64,000 nt of DNA, from assembly GCA_964016885.1 (NCBI GenBank), contig OZ024755.1, positions 25,606,001 to 25,670,000 of the forward strand. Direction: 5' to 3'. The position numbers were made by a program, and so were the translations under genes. This DNA comes from Eledone cirrhosa. Its lineage: Eukaryota. The notes beneath the pieces are model-generated. The model saw only the letters and a program-made list of their open reading frames with translations, was not told the origin of the DNA and did no database searches. Below are positions 43,527 through 58,775 of this stretch, in pieces (within the stretch, counting starts at the first letter, position 1; each line of letters starts with the position of its first letter).

Positions 43527-44715
43527 TACACCACCACCGCAGAGACCACCACCACCACTACCACCACCACCACCACTACCACCGCAGACACCACCACCAC
43601 CACCACCACTACCACCACAGACACTACCACCACCACTACCACCACCACCACCACTACCACCACTACCACCGCAGACACCACCACCACCACTACCACCGCA
43701 GACACTACCACCACCACTACCACCACCACCACCACTACCACCACTACCACCGCAGACACCACCACCACCACCACCACTACCACCACAGACACTACCACCA
43801 CCACTACCACCACCACCACCACTACCACCACTACCACCGCAGACACCACCACCACCACTACCACCGCAGACACTACCACCACCACTACCACCACCACCAC
43901 CACTACCACCACTACCACCGCAGACACCACCACCGCAGACACCACTACCACCGCAGACACCACCACGACCACTACCACCACTACCACCGCAGACACCACC
44001 ACCACCACTACTACCACCACTACCACCGCAGACACCACCACCACCACTACCACCACCACCACTACCACCACTACCACGCAGACACCACCACCACTACCAC
44101 CGCAGACACCACCACCACCAGCACCACTACCACCACTACCACGCAGACACCACCACCACTACCACCGCAGACATCACCACCACCACCACCACCACACCAC
44201 AATAGCCTCCACCACCACCACCACCATCACCGCAGACACCGCCACCACTACCACCACAGACACTACCACCACCACCACCACCACCACCACTACCACCACT
44301 ACCACGCAGACACCACCACCACCATCACCGCAGACACCACCACCACTACCACCACAGACGCTACCACCACCACTACCACCGCAGCCACCACCACAGCCAC
44401 CACCACCACCAGCACCACTACACCGTAGCCACCAGCACCGCCACCACTACCACCGCAGACACCACCACTACTATCACAGCCACGACCACTACCGCAGCCA
44501 CCACAGCCACCGCCACCACCACCATCACCACCGTAGCCACTACAGCCACACGCCCCCACACCCCCACCACCACCACAACTACCGCAGCCAATCACAGCCA
44601 CCGCCACCACAACCATCACCACCGTAGCCACTACAGCCACCTCCACAGCCCCCCCCCCCCCACACACACACACACACACACCACCACCACCACCACCACC
44701 ACCACCTCCACCACC
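43527..44715. repeat. (ACC)n/(ACT)n compound repeat with CGCAGAC punctuation
   Basis: Low-complexity tract. Similar trinucleotide tracts are at 938-1235, 1422-1892, 3944-4635, 6960-7878, 23052-23322, 28880-29150 and 61427-61775. Confidence 0.9.
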
Positions 44716-44811
44716 ATGTGTTTATGTCTGTTAACCTAGAAGGGTTTACATAAACTTTACCAACTAAAGAAGGATATGTGTGAGTGTGTGTGTGTGCGTG
44801 TGTGTGTGTGT

Positions 44812-44869
<58 letters not shown>

Positions 44870-45235
44870 ATTTATATATACGAAAGAAGAAGAAGAAAAA
44901 GAAGAAGAAGAAATTTTATGCAAATAATTCTCATGTTTATCTGGCTTCTTTTTCTCAGTGCAAACCTACTTACAGACAGTTGTATATATATATCTACACA
45001 CACTTACACACACACACACACATACACACACACACACACACACATACGTGTACAAAGACATATACACATATGAGCACGCACATATACACATACAGATACA
45101 CATGTGCATTTACATGCATACACACGTGCAGGCACACATACAGATACACACGCATGTGTATTTACATACATACACACACGTACACGCACACATACACTCA
45201 CACATACACATACACGCACATGTGTGTATATACAT

Positions 45236-45266
<31 letters not shown>

Positions 45267-45426
45267 CACACATTTCCACATATATATATATATACACACT
45301 TTTCCACATATATATATATATATACGTGCAATATCTGTGTCTGCACATGTATTATGCAGACCAATATAGTTTTATAAATATAGGTGTGTGTGTGTGAGAG
45401 AGAGAAAGAGAGAGTGTGTGTGTGTC

Positions 45427-45466
<40 letters not shown>

Positions 45467-45526
45467 TGAGAGAGAGAGAGAGAGAGAGTGAAAGAGAGAG
45501 AGAGAGTGAAAGAGAGAGGGAGAGAG

Positions 45527-45606
<80 letters not shown>

Positions 45607-45819
45607 TGTCTTTATGTGTGTGTGTGTGAGAGTGTATCTGTTAATGCTCATCGTCGAAATATACGGAGGATTCACGAGTATCTTATATCATTGCTTTCTA
45701 AGATTATCTCGCTCTCTCACACACATACATATATATGTTTTTTACCCACTCTACTACCCTAAGTATTGAGTACTTTGGTGCGATATGGTCCACCTGGTTC
45801 CTTACCACATTTCCTTCGT

Positions 45820-45873
<54 letters not shown>

Positions 45874-45945
45874 CTTGAGTCATTCACTGGGCAGAGGGTG
45901 ATATATCTACATCTATACGGACTTATGTCTAGTAGATTTGGAAAA

Positions 45946-46025
45946 GCCATCTGAAGAGCTATATCTTTCCATTGGAAATTCTCTGAATTTCGAATCTTTT
46001 GATAAGCGAAACCGTCGGTCATGGC
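45946..46025 (+). ncRNA. Type I hammerhead ribozyme, complete
   Basis: GCCAT-CTGAAGA-GCT(ATATC..GATA)AGC-GAAA-CCGTCGG-TC^-ATGGC. Perfect stem I, canonical core, GUC triplet. Confidence 0.85.
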
Positions 46026-46099
46026 ACTAGAAGAGGTAAATATTTAAATCGTATTTTAATTTATTTGAAAGATTGTTTAATGTTTACTTGTTCCGCTCG

Positions 46100-46233
<134 letters not shown>

Positions 46234-46238
46234 CATAC

Positions 46239-46283
<45 letters not shown>

Positions 46284-46284
46284 C

Positions 46285-46337
<53 letters not shown>

Positions 46338-46376
46338 CATATATATATATACATATATATATATACATATATATAC

Positions 46377-46433
<57 letters not shown>

Positions 46434-46438
46434 CATAC

Positions 46439-46483
<45 letters not shown>

Positions 46484-46484
46484 C

Positions 46485-46515
<31 letters not shown>

Positions 46516-46516
46516 C

Positions 46517-46583
<67 letters not shown>

Positions 46584-46608
46584 CATACATATATATACAT
46601 ATATATAC

Positions 46609-46665
<57 letters not shown>

Positions 46666-46690
46666 CATACATATATATACATATATATAC

Positions 46691-46729
<39 letters not shown>

Positions 46730-46814
46730 CACACACGCTCCAGTATTTTAACCCTTATATATATATATATACATATATATATACATATATATATATATAC
46801 ATATATATATATAC

Positions 46815-46879
<65 letters not shown>

Positions 46880-46920
46880 CATATATACATATATATACAT
46901 ATATACATATATACATATAT

Positions 46921-47530
46921 GGTGGCTGCCAACTCGTTTTCGAGTACGGCCACTACTTTATATCCATGTAGGAGAACCCCTACCGATGCGCTGAACGACT
47001 GTGACTTTTTAGTCCAGCCAGCGACTTGAAAACTCTGGTACAAACACTACACTTGTGACAATTATTGACACATAGTGCTGGGCCCATGGTACCATGTGAC
47101 GACAAGTGCAGAGAGATCTCCAGATATAAAGCAATGCCTGTGCCGTGAAGCTTTTATAGTGAGCAAAGGCACTGCACAAAGCCAGTCCCACTCTCTTAAC
47201 CAAGATGATATTTACCAAAAAGAAGAACAAGTCAACATCATTGGATACCATCAGGGTTGCAGGTGTTATATCAGAGTTTTCCTTCTCCTAGAATTCTGCC
47301 TTGACAAAGGCTAAGGGGTCATCTCTCCCGGTGATTTTGGATGGCCATTGACTCTTAAGAGCTCCTTTGCCCTTTGACAGGTTTTGTTTTTAGTCCTGCA
47401 GGATGTCCAAAGTCACCCTCCTCACCAAGAAACCTTGGTGGGGTTGCCAGTTTAGTCGCCAACGACCCGACCATGAGACAGGTTGTACTGGGATACATGT
47501 TACCAGTAGCACCAACTGGTGACCTGACAT
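46921..47530 (-). mobile_element. Interspersed repeat, probable 5' end of an RTE-like element
   Basis: 46936-47245 is about 90% identical to 62969-63266. It contains CTAGGAGAAGGAAAACTCTGA and GGGTCG..CAACCCCACC motifs that resemble RTE 5' regions. Confidence 0.5.
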
Positions 47531-47601
47531 AATATATACATATATACATATATACATATATACATATATATATATACATATATATACATATATATATATA
47601 C

Positions 47602-47634
<33 letters not shown>

Positions 47635-47677
47635 CATATATATACATATATATACATATATATACATATATATATAC

Positions 47678-47749
<72 letters not shown>

Positions 47750-47755
47750 ACATAC

Positions 47756-47790
<35 letters not shown>

Positions 47791-47833
47791 CATATATATA
47801 CATATATATATACATATGTATACATATATATAC

Positions 47834-47902
<69 letters not shown>

Positions 47903-47955
47903 TAAAAAAATAATGAATAAAACAATGAAACAGTTCCTTATATTAAACAAAAAAG

Positions 47956-48110
47956 TTCATTATTTAACGATCGTTTCTAGGATATATATGTGTTAGAATT
48001 GGCATGCATATTCAACAGATCTATGTACGAAATTATACAAAATTATACAAACTATCAAGATTAAATATACATACCAAACACACATATATGCCGTCTTCAG
48101 AAATAATGAA
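47956..48110 (-). ncRNA. Hammerhead with >100-nt stem II insertion
   Basis: Reverse complement reads TTCATTATTT-CTGAAGA-CGGCATATATGTGT..ACACATATATATCCTA-GAAA-CGATCG-TT-AAATAATGAA. 10-bp perfect stem I; the GUU triplet cleaves poorly. Confidence 0.6.
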
Positions 48111-48235
48111 ATATATTTATTGATAATAACAACAATTCAAAATTTCAGGTCCGTTTGGGAACGGAGTTCAAATTAACCAATGAAAATACAAATATATATA
48201 TATATATATACATACATATATATACATATATATAC

Positions 48236-48274
<39 letters not shown>

Positions 48275-48335
48275 CACACACGCTCCAGTATTTTAACCCT
48301 TATATATATATATATATACATATATATATACATAC

Positions 48336-48402
<67 letters not shown>

Positions 48403-48513
48403 CATATATATATATATACATATATACATATATATACATATATACATATATACATATATACATATATACATATATACATATATATATATACATATATATA
48501 CATATATATATAT

Positions 48514-48598
<85 letters not shown>

Positions 48599-48600
48599 CA

Positions 48601-48632
<32 letters not shown>

Positions 48633-48643
48633 CATATATATAC

Positions 48644-48690
<47 letters not shown>

Positions 48691-48695
48691 CATAC

Positions 48696-48740
<45 letters not shown>

Positions 48741-48773
48741 CATATATATATATATACATATATATACATATAC

Positions 48774-48864
<91 letters not shown>

Positions 48865-48885
48865 CATATATATACATATATATAC

Positions 48886-48964
<79 letters not shown>

Positions 48965-48965
48965 C

Positions 48966-48996
<31 letters not shown>

Positions 48997-48997
48997 C

Positions 48998-49097
<100 letters not shown>

Positions 49098-49184
49098 GCA
49101 TATATATACATATATATACATATATATACATATATATACATATATATATATATATACACACACACGCTCCAGTATTTTAACCCT

Positions 49185-49216
<32 letters not shown>

Positions 49217-49293
49217 CATATATACATATATACATATATACATATATACATATATATATATACATATATATACATATATATACATATATATAC

Positions 49294-49332
<39 letters not shown>

Positions 49333-49369
49333 CATATATACATATATACATATATATACATATATATAC

Positions 49370-49436
<67 letters not shown>

Positions 49437-49442
49437 TATACA

Positions 49443-49474
<32 letters not shown>

Positions 49475-49475
49475 C

Positions 49476-49522
<47 letters not shown>

Positions 49523-49643
49523 CACATATATATATACATATATATATATACATATATACATATATATACATATATACATATATACATATATACATATATA
49601 TATATACATATATACATATATACATATATATACATATATATAC

Positions 49644-49690
<47 letters not shown>

Positions 49691-49735
49691 TAAATATATA
49701 CATATATATATATATACATATACATATATATATAT

Positions 49736-49786
<51 letters not shown>

Positions 49787-50467
49787 CATACATATATATA
49801 TACATATATATATACATATATACCTTGTTTCCTTGGTCTGGTCTGATGTTAGGCTACTTTCTTCTGCCAAGAATTATGACCAACAGATATCAACAATGGA
49901 AATATTGTTTCAATGGAAATATTGTTTCCTTGGTTTGATCTGACGATCAGCTCCTTTCTTCTGTTAGGTGTTGTGACCAACAGACAGTATCAGCAATGGA
50001 AAAACTAATGAAAACAATGACTCCTTGGTCTGCTCTGACGATCGGCTGTTTTGCTATCCTTTTTCCATAGATAAATTGTTCCCAATATTTGCCTAGGTGA
50101 TGAAATATAAATGTCAGTATTTATTCTTTTTAGAATTTTTACCTATGTGATATTCTCAGAAATAAAATAAAAATGAAGAGAAAGACTCGTTGCCCATAGC
50201 TACAGGAGGGATTTCACTAAAGTAAATAAATTTATCGTAACGAAAATATTTAAAATAAAAACCTGTGTGTCTATGTATGTGTATGTATAAGTGTGTCTGT
50301 TTATATATATAAATATGTGTGTGTGTGTGTGTGTGTATGTGTGTGTGTGTGTGCGTGCGTATTATATACATATATATATATGCGTGTGTGAGTATGTATG
50401 TGTATTATGTATATGTATATATACATAAATAAATATATGTGTGTGTGTGCATGTGTGTGAGTGAGTG

Positions 50468-50582
<115 letters not shown>

Positions 50583-50675
50583 CGTGTGTGTGTGTGTACG
50601 TACATACTATGTTTTTTATATATCCTTATTAGTCCTTTATACTTTAACATGATGTTGCGAATACGAGAAGATATT

Positions 50676-50737
<62 letters not shown>

Positions 50738-50938
50738 CGCGTGTAGATGTATAGAATGCTTTGCTGTATCTCTTTCGGCTCTCTACTCACTGAGTTCAAA
50801 AACAGCTGAGAGCAAATTTGCTTTTTATCTGTCGTCCTCGCTTTCACCGCTTCTCACTCACCCTGTCGCACTCTCTTTTACCTTTTCTCTTTCACCCTAA
50901 CACACACATAAACACACGCACACACACACACACACACA

Positions 50939-50976
<38 letters not shown>

Positions 50977-51662
50977 GCAAGAAATAACCTATATCCAGAC
51001 TTGGGTTAAGATGGACTCCACCTGGTTTAAAATGTCCAATATACGCCATATGTTTCGAAGTTGCCTCTCCGACTCCCTGGGGATTTAACGATGCCTCTAT
51101 CTCTTTCTATATAACATCTTGTGGTACTTCATGTGTGTATCAGAATCAATTACTCTTCATACACAAGTCACGTGTTGAATTTCTCTCCATCATTAAATCC
51201 CAAATAAGGAAGTAACTTTTATTTTAAGGAAGTAAGTTTTATTTATTTCAAATGTTCAAAATACATTTCCGGTTTATAACAAAAAAGAAAAAAAGAAAGA
51301 AAGAAAGAAAGAAAGAGAAGGTGTGAGAGAGAGAGAGAAACAAACAAACAAACAAATAAGAAACTAAAAGACGGTGGAGAAATAAGGATGTGTAGATGTT
51401 GATTGTATAGATAGACAGAGAGTGTAGCTGAGATTTGATTGTACATGTCGAGACAATCATTTCTCCTTGTTCCAAAGGTTATCATGTATTTACAAATCAA
51501 TAGAAGATCCAAATGCAATGTTTTAGTCAATTAAAAGACGTCCCTAGATAAAACACCTAACTTCCACACAACTAGTTTCCACACAACGTAGCAACAAAAG
51601 GACTTTGAACCTAGTTTCAAAACACAATTTCACATAAAGAATCTTGCAAAACAAGTACACAC

Positions 51663-51695
<33 letters not shown>

Positions 51696-51696
51696 T

Positions 51697-51730
<34 letters not shown>

Positions 51731-52607
51731 AGGAATAGCTTGAACACAGTCGTGTTTTCCATATAAAATATACATACATACATATATACATACATACAAC
51801 TTACATATGCGTTTATGTGTATGTGTACGTGTATGTGTTTGTGTGAGTATTTCAGTGAGTTTCAGTGAGCTGAAAAGCCGTGGTGTATAACATCTTGTAA
51901 ATGTTCACAGTAGTTCTTATATAGATCTATATTGAGACCAGACATCAAATGTAAATACAAGCCTAAAGTTAAACGTGCAAACAGATGTAAAAGATGTCAT
52001 TTAATATTTTGAGTGAAAAAAAAACAACTAATAAACCATATTTTTTACTTTTTGTTCTAAATATACCATAGTGTCTTGAAAATATCAAAATTCTATTTTT
52101 TTATCTGTTTTGTTTTTTCAAACAGACGGAATAGATTATTTTTGAATATATGGTGCAGTACTTAACAGATGAAAGACGGTGTACTTTGAGATTTAACTCC
52201 GATAGATAATCATTAGTAAAGGCCCATTAGTCATAAACTAGTGTCGGATTTCATTTTAGTTGGTGAGAGATGGGAGGGGATCACTATTGGTGAGTGTTGG
52301 GATCAGTGTAATCGCTGCTATTTTTTCTTTTCTATTTTTTTTCTTCTTTGTTTGCTTCCTTTTTTTGTTGGTTTTGTAGAAACGTGTCAGAAGAATTAAA
52401 TGACTTAATTTTTCATCTTTGCCATTTTTATATTACTCTTTATGTGCCCTGTACTACAACATTCATACAATTCATTGGGTTTTGATTCTTAAATACTTTT
52501 ACGGCTTAAACCAGTGACGAGGAGATTAATCTTGTCTTGCCGATTGCGAAATTACATTGAGCTTGAAACATAACTTGAAGTATAACTCTTCATTTTCTTG
52601 AATAATA

Positions 52608-52792
52608 GCTTCTACTTTTGGCATAAGGCCAGCAATTATCTCAATGTATTACTGGTACTTTGTTTTATCAACCCCCATAAGGATGAAAGACAAGGTTAGC
52701 CTCGGCGGGATTTGAACTCAGAACATAAAGGGCCATAACTCTATGCTGCAAAACATGGTGTCTGGCGCTCTACTGATACTGCCAACCCACCG
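52608..52792 (-). mobile_element. tRNA-derived SINE
   Basis: Family match. Confidence 0.9.
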
Positions 52793-53727
52793 TAATACTG
52801 TTAAACATAAACTGAATGCGCAGAGTGTAGATATTATTTTTTTTTTTTTTTTAATTGGTAACAGTGACTTCGAAGTTTTGGCTGTAATTCGCCTTTCCAG
52901 ACTGCCCAGAAACATTTTTTTTTAAATAATAATTAGGTAAACAAATAAATAAATAAATAAAAACAGAAAAATATTTTTTGGTTTTTTAATCGTAAATGTA
53001 CATAAACATGCTTACATATATACACATAAAATAAAATGTAAGTAAATAAATAAATAAGTAAATAAATAAATGAATATATGCACGTGTACACGCATGCGTA
53101 CATACATATAAACGTAAATATAAACATAAGTTGGAGTTCATACGTATATACGTGGAGCGAGTGGGTGCGTGTATGTACGTAAGTATATATATATATATGA
53201 AAACAATTCGAGACCCCGACGGCTGAGCTCCTGCCGTTTCAACAGCCACTCTACCACCACAAGTATCGAGTACTCTGGTGAGTAAGGGTCTAACTGGTTG
53301 TTACTGCATTTATTCTGATTTATATATGTGTGTGTGTGTGCGTGTGAGAGAGAGTATTTGTGTGTGTGTATTTATACATAGGAGTGCGGTGTGTGTATGT
53401 GAATATATATATATGTATGTGTGTGTGTGTGCGTGAGAGAGAGAGAGTATTTGTGTGTGTGTATTTATACATAGGAGTGTGGTGTATGTATGTGAATATA
53501 TATATGTATGTGTGTGTGTGTGTGTGTGTGCGTGAGAGAGAGAGGTAGTATTTGTGTGTGTATTTATATATAGGAGTGCGGTGTGTGTATGTGGATATAT
53601 ATATGTGTGTGTGCGTGCGTGCGTGAGAGAGAGAGTATTTGTGTGTGTGTATTTTATACATAGGAGTGTGGTGTATGTATGTGAATATATATATATGTGT
53701 GTGTATACAGATACAATATTTATATTC

Positions 53728-54047
53728 TCATTTGAGTACCATTGTCTGTCGTATGTCACTTCTTAGATGTCTGATTGATTCATTGCCTGTCGTCTGATTC
53801 TCAGTCAATTTTAATGTTAAGTATAATAACTTATCACGGAGAGCGGTTGACAGTGAATTGTTGCAGCCATTAAAGTAACCTTCGTCCCTTAAAACACGGA
53901 CTTCGTTGTAAATGTCTTCCTTATATTTTCTGGTTGATCTACATTCGTGCCTTATTGAGAAATATATCATTAAGACCACCATCACAAACGATCCAAGGAC
54001 GATGAGAACGTAACTCCAAACTGGTAGAGAATAATGTATATCCGGGG
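53728..54047 (-). CDS. Terminal exon of a probable single-pass membrane protein (TM helix plus about 75-aa cytoplasmic tail)
   Basis: Acceptor tttcttatttcag, then a phase-1 non-repetitive open frame of 105 codons plus stop: PDIHYSLP-VWSYVLIVLGSFVMVVLMIYFSI-RHECRSTRKYK..TMVLK*. Basic residues follow the TM segment. Confidence 0.6.
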
Positions 54048-54106
54048 CTGAAATAAGAAACACATACCAATAGTATTTCGATGTATTTAATAAAAAAAAA
54101 AAAAAA

Positions 54107-54352
54107 TGTTTCTTCTGTTTGGCACAAGGCCAGCAATTATCCCAGTGCATTACTGGTGCTTTATTTTATCGACCCCGTAAGGATGAAAGGCAAAGTTAAC
54201 CTCGGTTGGATTTGAACTCAGAACGTAAAGGACCATAACTCTATGTTGCAAAGCATGGTGTCTGATGTTCAACCGATACAGCCAACTTGGAACGTAAAGG
54301 GCCATAACTCTATGCTGCAAAGCATGGTATCTGACGCTCAACCGATACTGCC
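54107..54352 (-). mobile_element. SINE with duplicated head segment
   Basis: Family match; GAACGTAAAG..GCCAA is repeated. Confidence 0.85.
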
Positions 54353-55105
54353 AAAAAATAATGGTTTCAATTTATATACAATTCCAGCAAAGTAGTAGAA
54401 GGAGAAAGTTTTAGTCACAGTTGTATAAATAACATTACAAATGCATAAATAACATTATAAATTGCTCACAATTCTTTCAGAATAACATTACAAATATAAT
54501 GTCGTTGATAAACACAAATATAAACGCATAAAAGAGAAAGAAGAAGAAAAAAGAGGGGGAAGCAAAAACAAAAACGAAAACGACCATCAATTCACCACCA
54601 AGTGCGACAATCAGCAGTATATCATAAGGGACAATGGAACACTTTGAGGAAAGCTAACACACTCGCAACATTACCACGTTTCTACACCTATTTCTCTATT
54701 AATATTTATTATAATTTAAACTTAGTTTGAACACTAATTTAATAGATGTTTTAAATAATGTGTATACATCACTCTAAAAATGTATATATATATATATATA
54801 TATATATCAAAGGTATATATTGAGTTAGAAACTCAAAATAGTCTCTTACAATTAAATAGCTCAAGGAAAGAAATTTTTCAGAGCCGTATAGTCCAATGAA
54901 TATAAAAGAGAGATAAACACAGATCTTTACATATATGTGTTCAAATCGTAAGGGACCAGATTCGCTAGGATGAAAAAGATACTAACTATGAACAATAGGG
55001 TTTGCCAGACTCAATTTAAGAATAAATCAAGAAAATAAATACAAACCGATATTGTGGTAACTACCAGACACCCATCCCTTACGATTTTTTTTCAATGTTG
55101 TCTAC

Positions 55106-55211
55106 CCTTCGTGGTAGGGTCCGTACCGTAGATAGAACTCAATATAATCTGATTGCGAGTAATCCAGTGAAATCCATAGAAAGGTTCCGTGTTCCGCTTT
55201 AGATACAAAGT
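55106..55211 (-). CDS. Possible upstream exon of the membrane-protein gene
   Basis: cag|TLYLKRNTEPFYGFHWITRNQIILSSIYGTDPTTK-G|gtagac. The phase matches the 54047 exon, but the splice sites are weak. Confidence 0.2.
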
Positions 55212-55660
55212 CTGCTATTAGATATTAATTTAAGAATGAAAATAATAACAAAGTCAAGTTATTTTACCTCTTCATATAAATATACACATATATATATATA
55301 TATAATCTTTTCCTGAGTCCAACCATTTTCGTTGCTGTGGTAATGCGGCTGGACTGCCGATCGCTATATTTGATTTGCTAAGCTGTCTAAACGTATTGTT
55401 ATTACTGTGGGGTACTATTCCCATTCGAGTGCTAAAACTACATACCGAATTTGCATTCGATAGCTTGGACGCAAACTAAAGCTTCGTTAATGCTGTACTA
55501 AAATTTGTATATATATAGAACATAGAGTGCTCAACTGGCATACCGCCTATGGAAGCATCATAGCTAACATTAAACACACACACACACACACACTTATATA
55601 TATATGTATGTATATAAATATATATATATAATATATATATATATACGTAATATATATATA

Positions 55661-55740
55661 CTAGCAGAATGGCCCGGCGTTGCTCGGGATTTGCTCTAGA
55701 GTTCTTATATATTTGATATATATTTATCCTTATCGAGCCT
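55661..55740 (-). mobile_element. Helitron-like 3' terminus
   Basis: Reverse complement shows a CCCGAGC-AAC-GCCGGG hairpin, then CTAG followed by T. The internal part recurs at 31250-31298, and a decayed similar end is at 42412-42440. Confidence 0.55.
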
Positions 55741-56014
55741 CGTGAGATAAATACGTTTGTATATATTTTGTTATTGTGTATACAAAAATATCTGTACACG
55801 AATATATATATATATATTAAAATAACAGATTTATAAATATAAATTAAAATAACAGATTTATAAATATATATATATATATATTTTATATATATATATAAAT
55901 ATATATATATAAATATATATATATTTAATATATATATATATATAAATATATATATATAAATATATATAAATATATATAAATATATATATATATATTTATA
56001 TATATATTTATATT

Positions 56015-56048
<34 letters not shown>

Positions 56049-56221
56049 CATATATTTATATATATATATTTATATTTATATATATATATATATTTATATA
56101 TATATTTATATTTATATATATATATTTATATTATATATATATATATATATATTAAATATATATATATATATAATATAAATATATATATATAAATATAAAT
56201 ATATTTATATATATATATTAA

Positions 56222-56253
<32 letters not shown>

Positions 56254-56262
56254 ATATATTAA

Positions 56263-56294
<32 letters not shown>

Positions 56295-56345
56295 ATATAT
56301 ATAAATATATATATATATATTTATATATATATATATATATATTAA

Positions 56346-56377
<32 letters not shown>

Positions 56378-56388
56378 ATATATATTAA

Positions 56389-56456
<68 letters not shown>

Positions 56457-56474
56457 TATATATATATATATTAA

Positions 56475-56507
<33 letters not shown>

Positions 56508-56530
56508 AAATATAAATATATATATATATA

Positions 56531-56633
<103 letters not shown>

Positions 56634-56669
56634 TATATATATATTTAATATATATATATATGTAAATAA

Positions 56670-56850
56670 ATAGGAACCAGTATAAGACCCCGACAGCTGA
56701 GCTCAAGCCGTTTCGACGGCTTAGCCGTCGAAACGGCTTGAGCTCAGCTGTCGGGGTCTTACTGGTTCCTATTACCCACTCTACTACCTCAAGTATTGAG
56801 TACTTTGGTGCGTTATGGTCCACCTGGTTCCTTACCACATTTCCTTCGTT
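56670..56850 (+). mobile_element. Same family as 22092-22290
   Basis: Palindrome at 56670-56772 plus the conserved tail, inside an AT microsatellite. Confidence 0.7.
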
Positions 56851-56940
56851 ATATATATAAATATATATATATATATAGAAATATATATATATATTTAATA
56901 TATATATATATATATATAAATATATATATATTTAATATAT

Positions 56941-56971
<31 letters not shown>

Positions 56972-56993
56972 AATATATATATATTTAATATAT

Positions 56994-57136
<143 letters not shown>

Positions 57137-57139
57137 AAT

Positions 57140-57212
<73 letters not shown>

Positions 57213-57364
57213 TATATATATATAAATATATATATATATAAATATATATATATAAATATATATATATATAAATATATATATAAATATATATATATAAATA
57301 TATATATAAATATATATATACATAAATATATAAATATTTATATATATAAATATATATATATATA

Positions 57365-57422
<58 letters not shown>

Positions 57423-57467
57423 AATATAAATAAATATATATATAAATATATATAAATATATATATAA

Positions 57468-57498
<31 letters not shown>

Positions 57499-57517
57499 AA
57501 TATAAATATATATAAAT

Positions 57518-57548
<31 letters not shown>

Positions 57549-57742
57549 ACTATATATATATATTTATATATATTTATATTTATATATATATATATATAAA
57601 TATATATATAAATATATATATATATTTAATATATATATATATTTAATATATATATATATATAAATATATATATATATTTAATATATATATATATATATAT
57701 ATTTAATATATATATATATAAATATATATATATTTAATATAT

Positions 57743-57779
<37 letters not shown>

Positions 57780-57813
57780 AATATATATATATATTTAATA
57801 TATATATATAAAA

Positions 57814-57866
<53 letters not shown>

Positions 57867-57869
57867 AAA

Positions 57870-57930
<61 letters not shown>

Positions 57931-57935
57931 AAAAT

Positions 57936-57972
<37 letters not shown>

Positions 57973-57992
57973 AATATATATTTTTATATATA

Positions 57993-58043
<51 letters not shown>

Positions 58044-58137
58044 ATAATAGTAAATGTGAAGACTGAAATGAGTTTCAGAAGATCCCGTTAAGGTTGAAAG
58101 CAGTGATTCTTTGCTTAAACGTTAATCTGTTATTGTA

Positions 58138-58205
<68 letters not shown>

Positions 58206-58775
58206 TATCGCCAGAAAACCACATGCGAAAGAAAAATTTTAAGTCAACATGCGTAGAGTTACAGTGGTAAAAAAACTTTCAATAGCGCTGGACTGGACAG
58301 CAGAAGGTTTTCAGAGAAGAAACCCTCCCCTAAGCGAGTGTTTCATTTTTTAACAAAGAATATATTTTCTAATATCAATGATGTGAATCATTATGATAAA
58401 AACAAAATTTAACATCAACGCCTTAACCTTTTCGATACTAAACTGACTCATTTTATAAATATTTATACGTATCTTAATCTTTCCCTTTGTAAGAACCTTT
58501 GTTAAGTTATATTCCAAACAACAATTTAAGAACGAGAATGATAGTTGACATTATCATACTAAAACCTTACAAACATTTCTTTCGTGTTTACAAATAGAGA
58601 AAAGAGAGAAAGAAAAAGAAAAGAGATAAAGAAAGATAGAAAAACAAAAGAAAGAAAGAAAGAAAGAAAGAATGGAGAAGGAGCAAATTCCACACCGTTG
58701 GCTGTATTTGATTATTCTCAGAACGATAGGCAGTGCCTTTTAATTAAAGATATGGTAAGGAAAGGGGTAAATATT

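Noticed and set aside
43410-44627. 405-aa mucin-like Thr/Pro-rich ORF
   Set aside because: It starts inside a SINE, consists of (ACC)n repeat, and is open in multiple frames.
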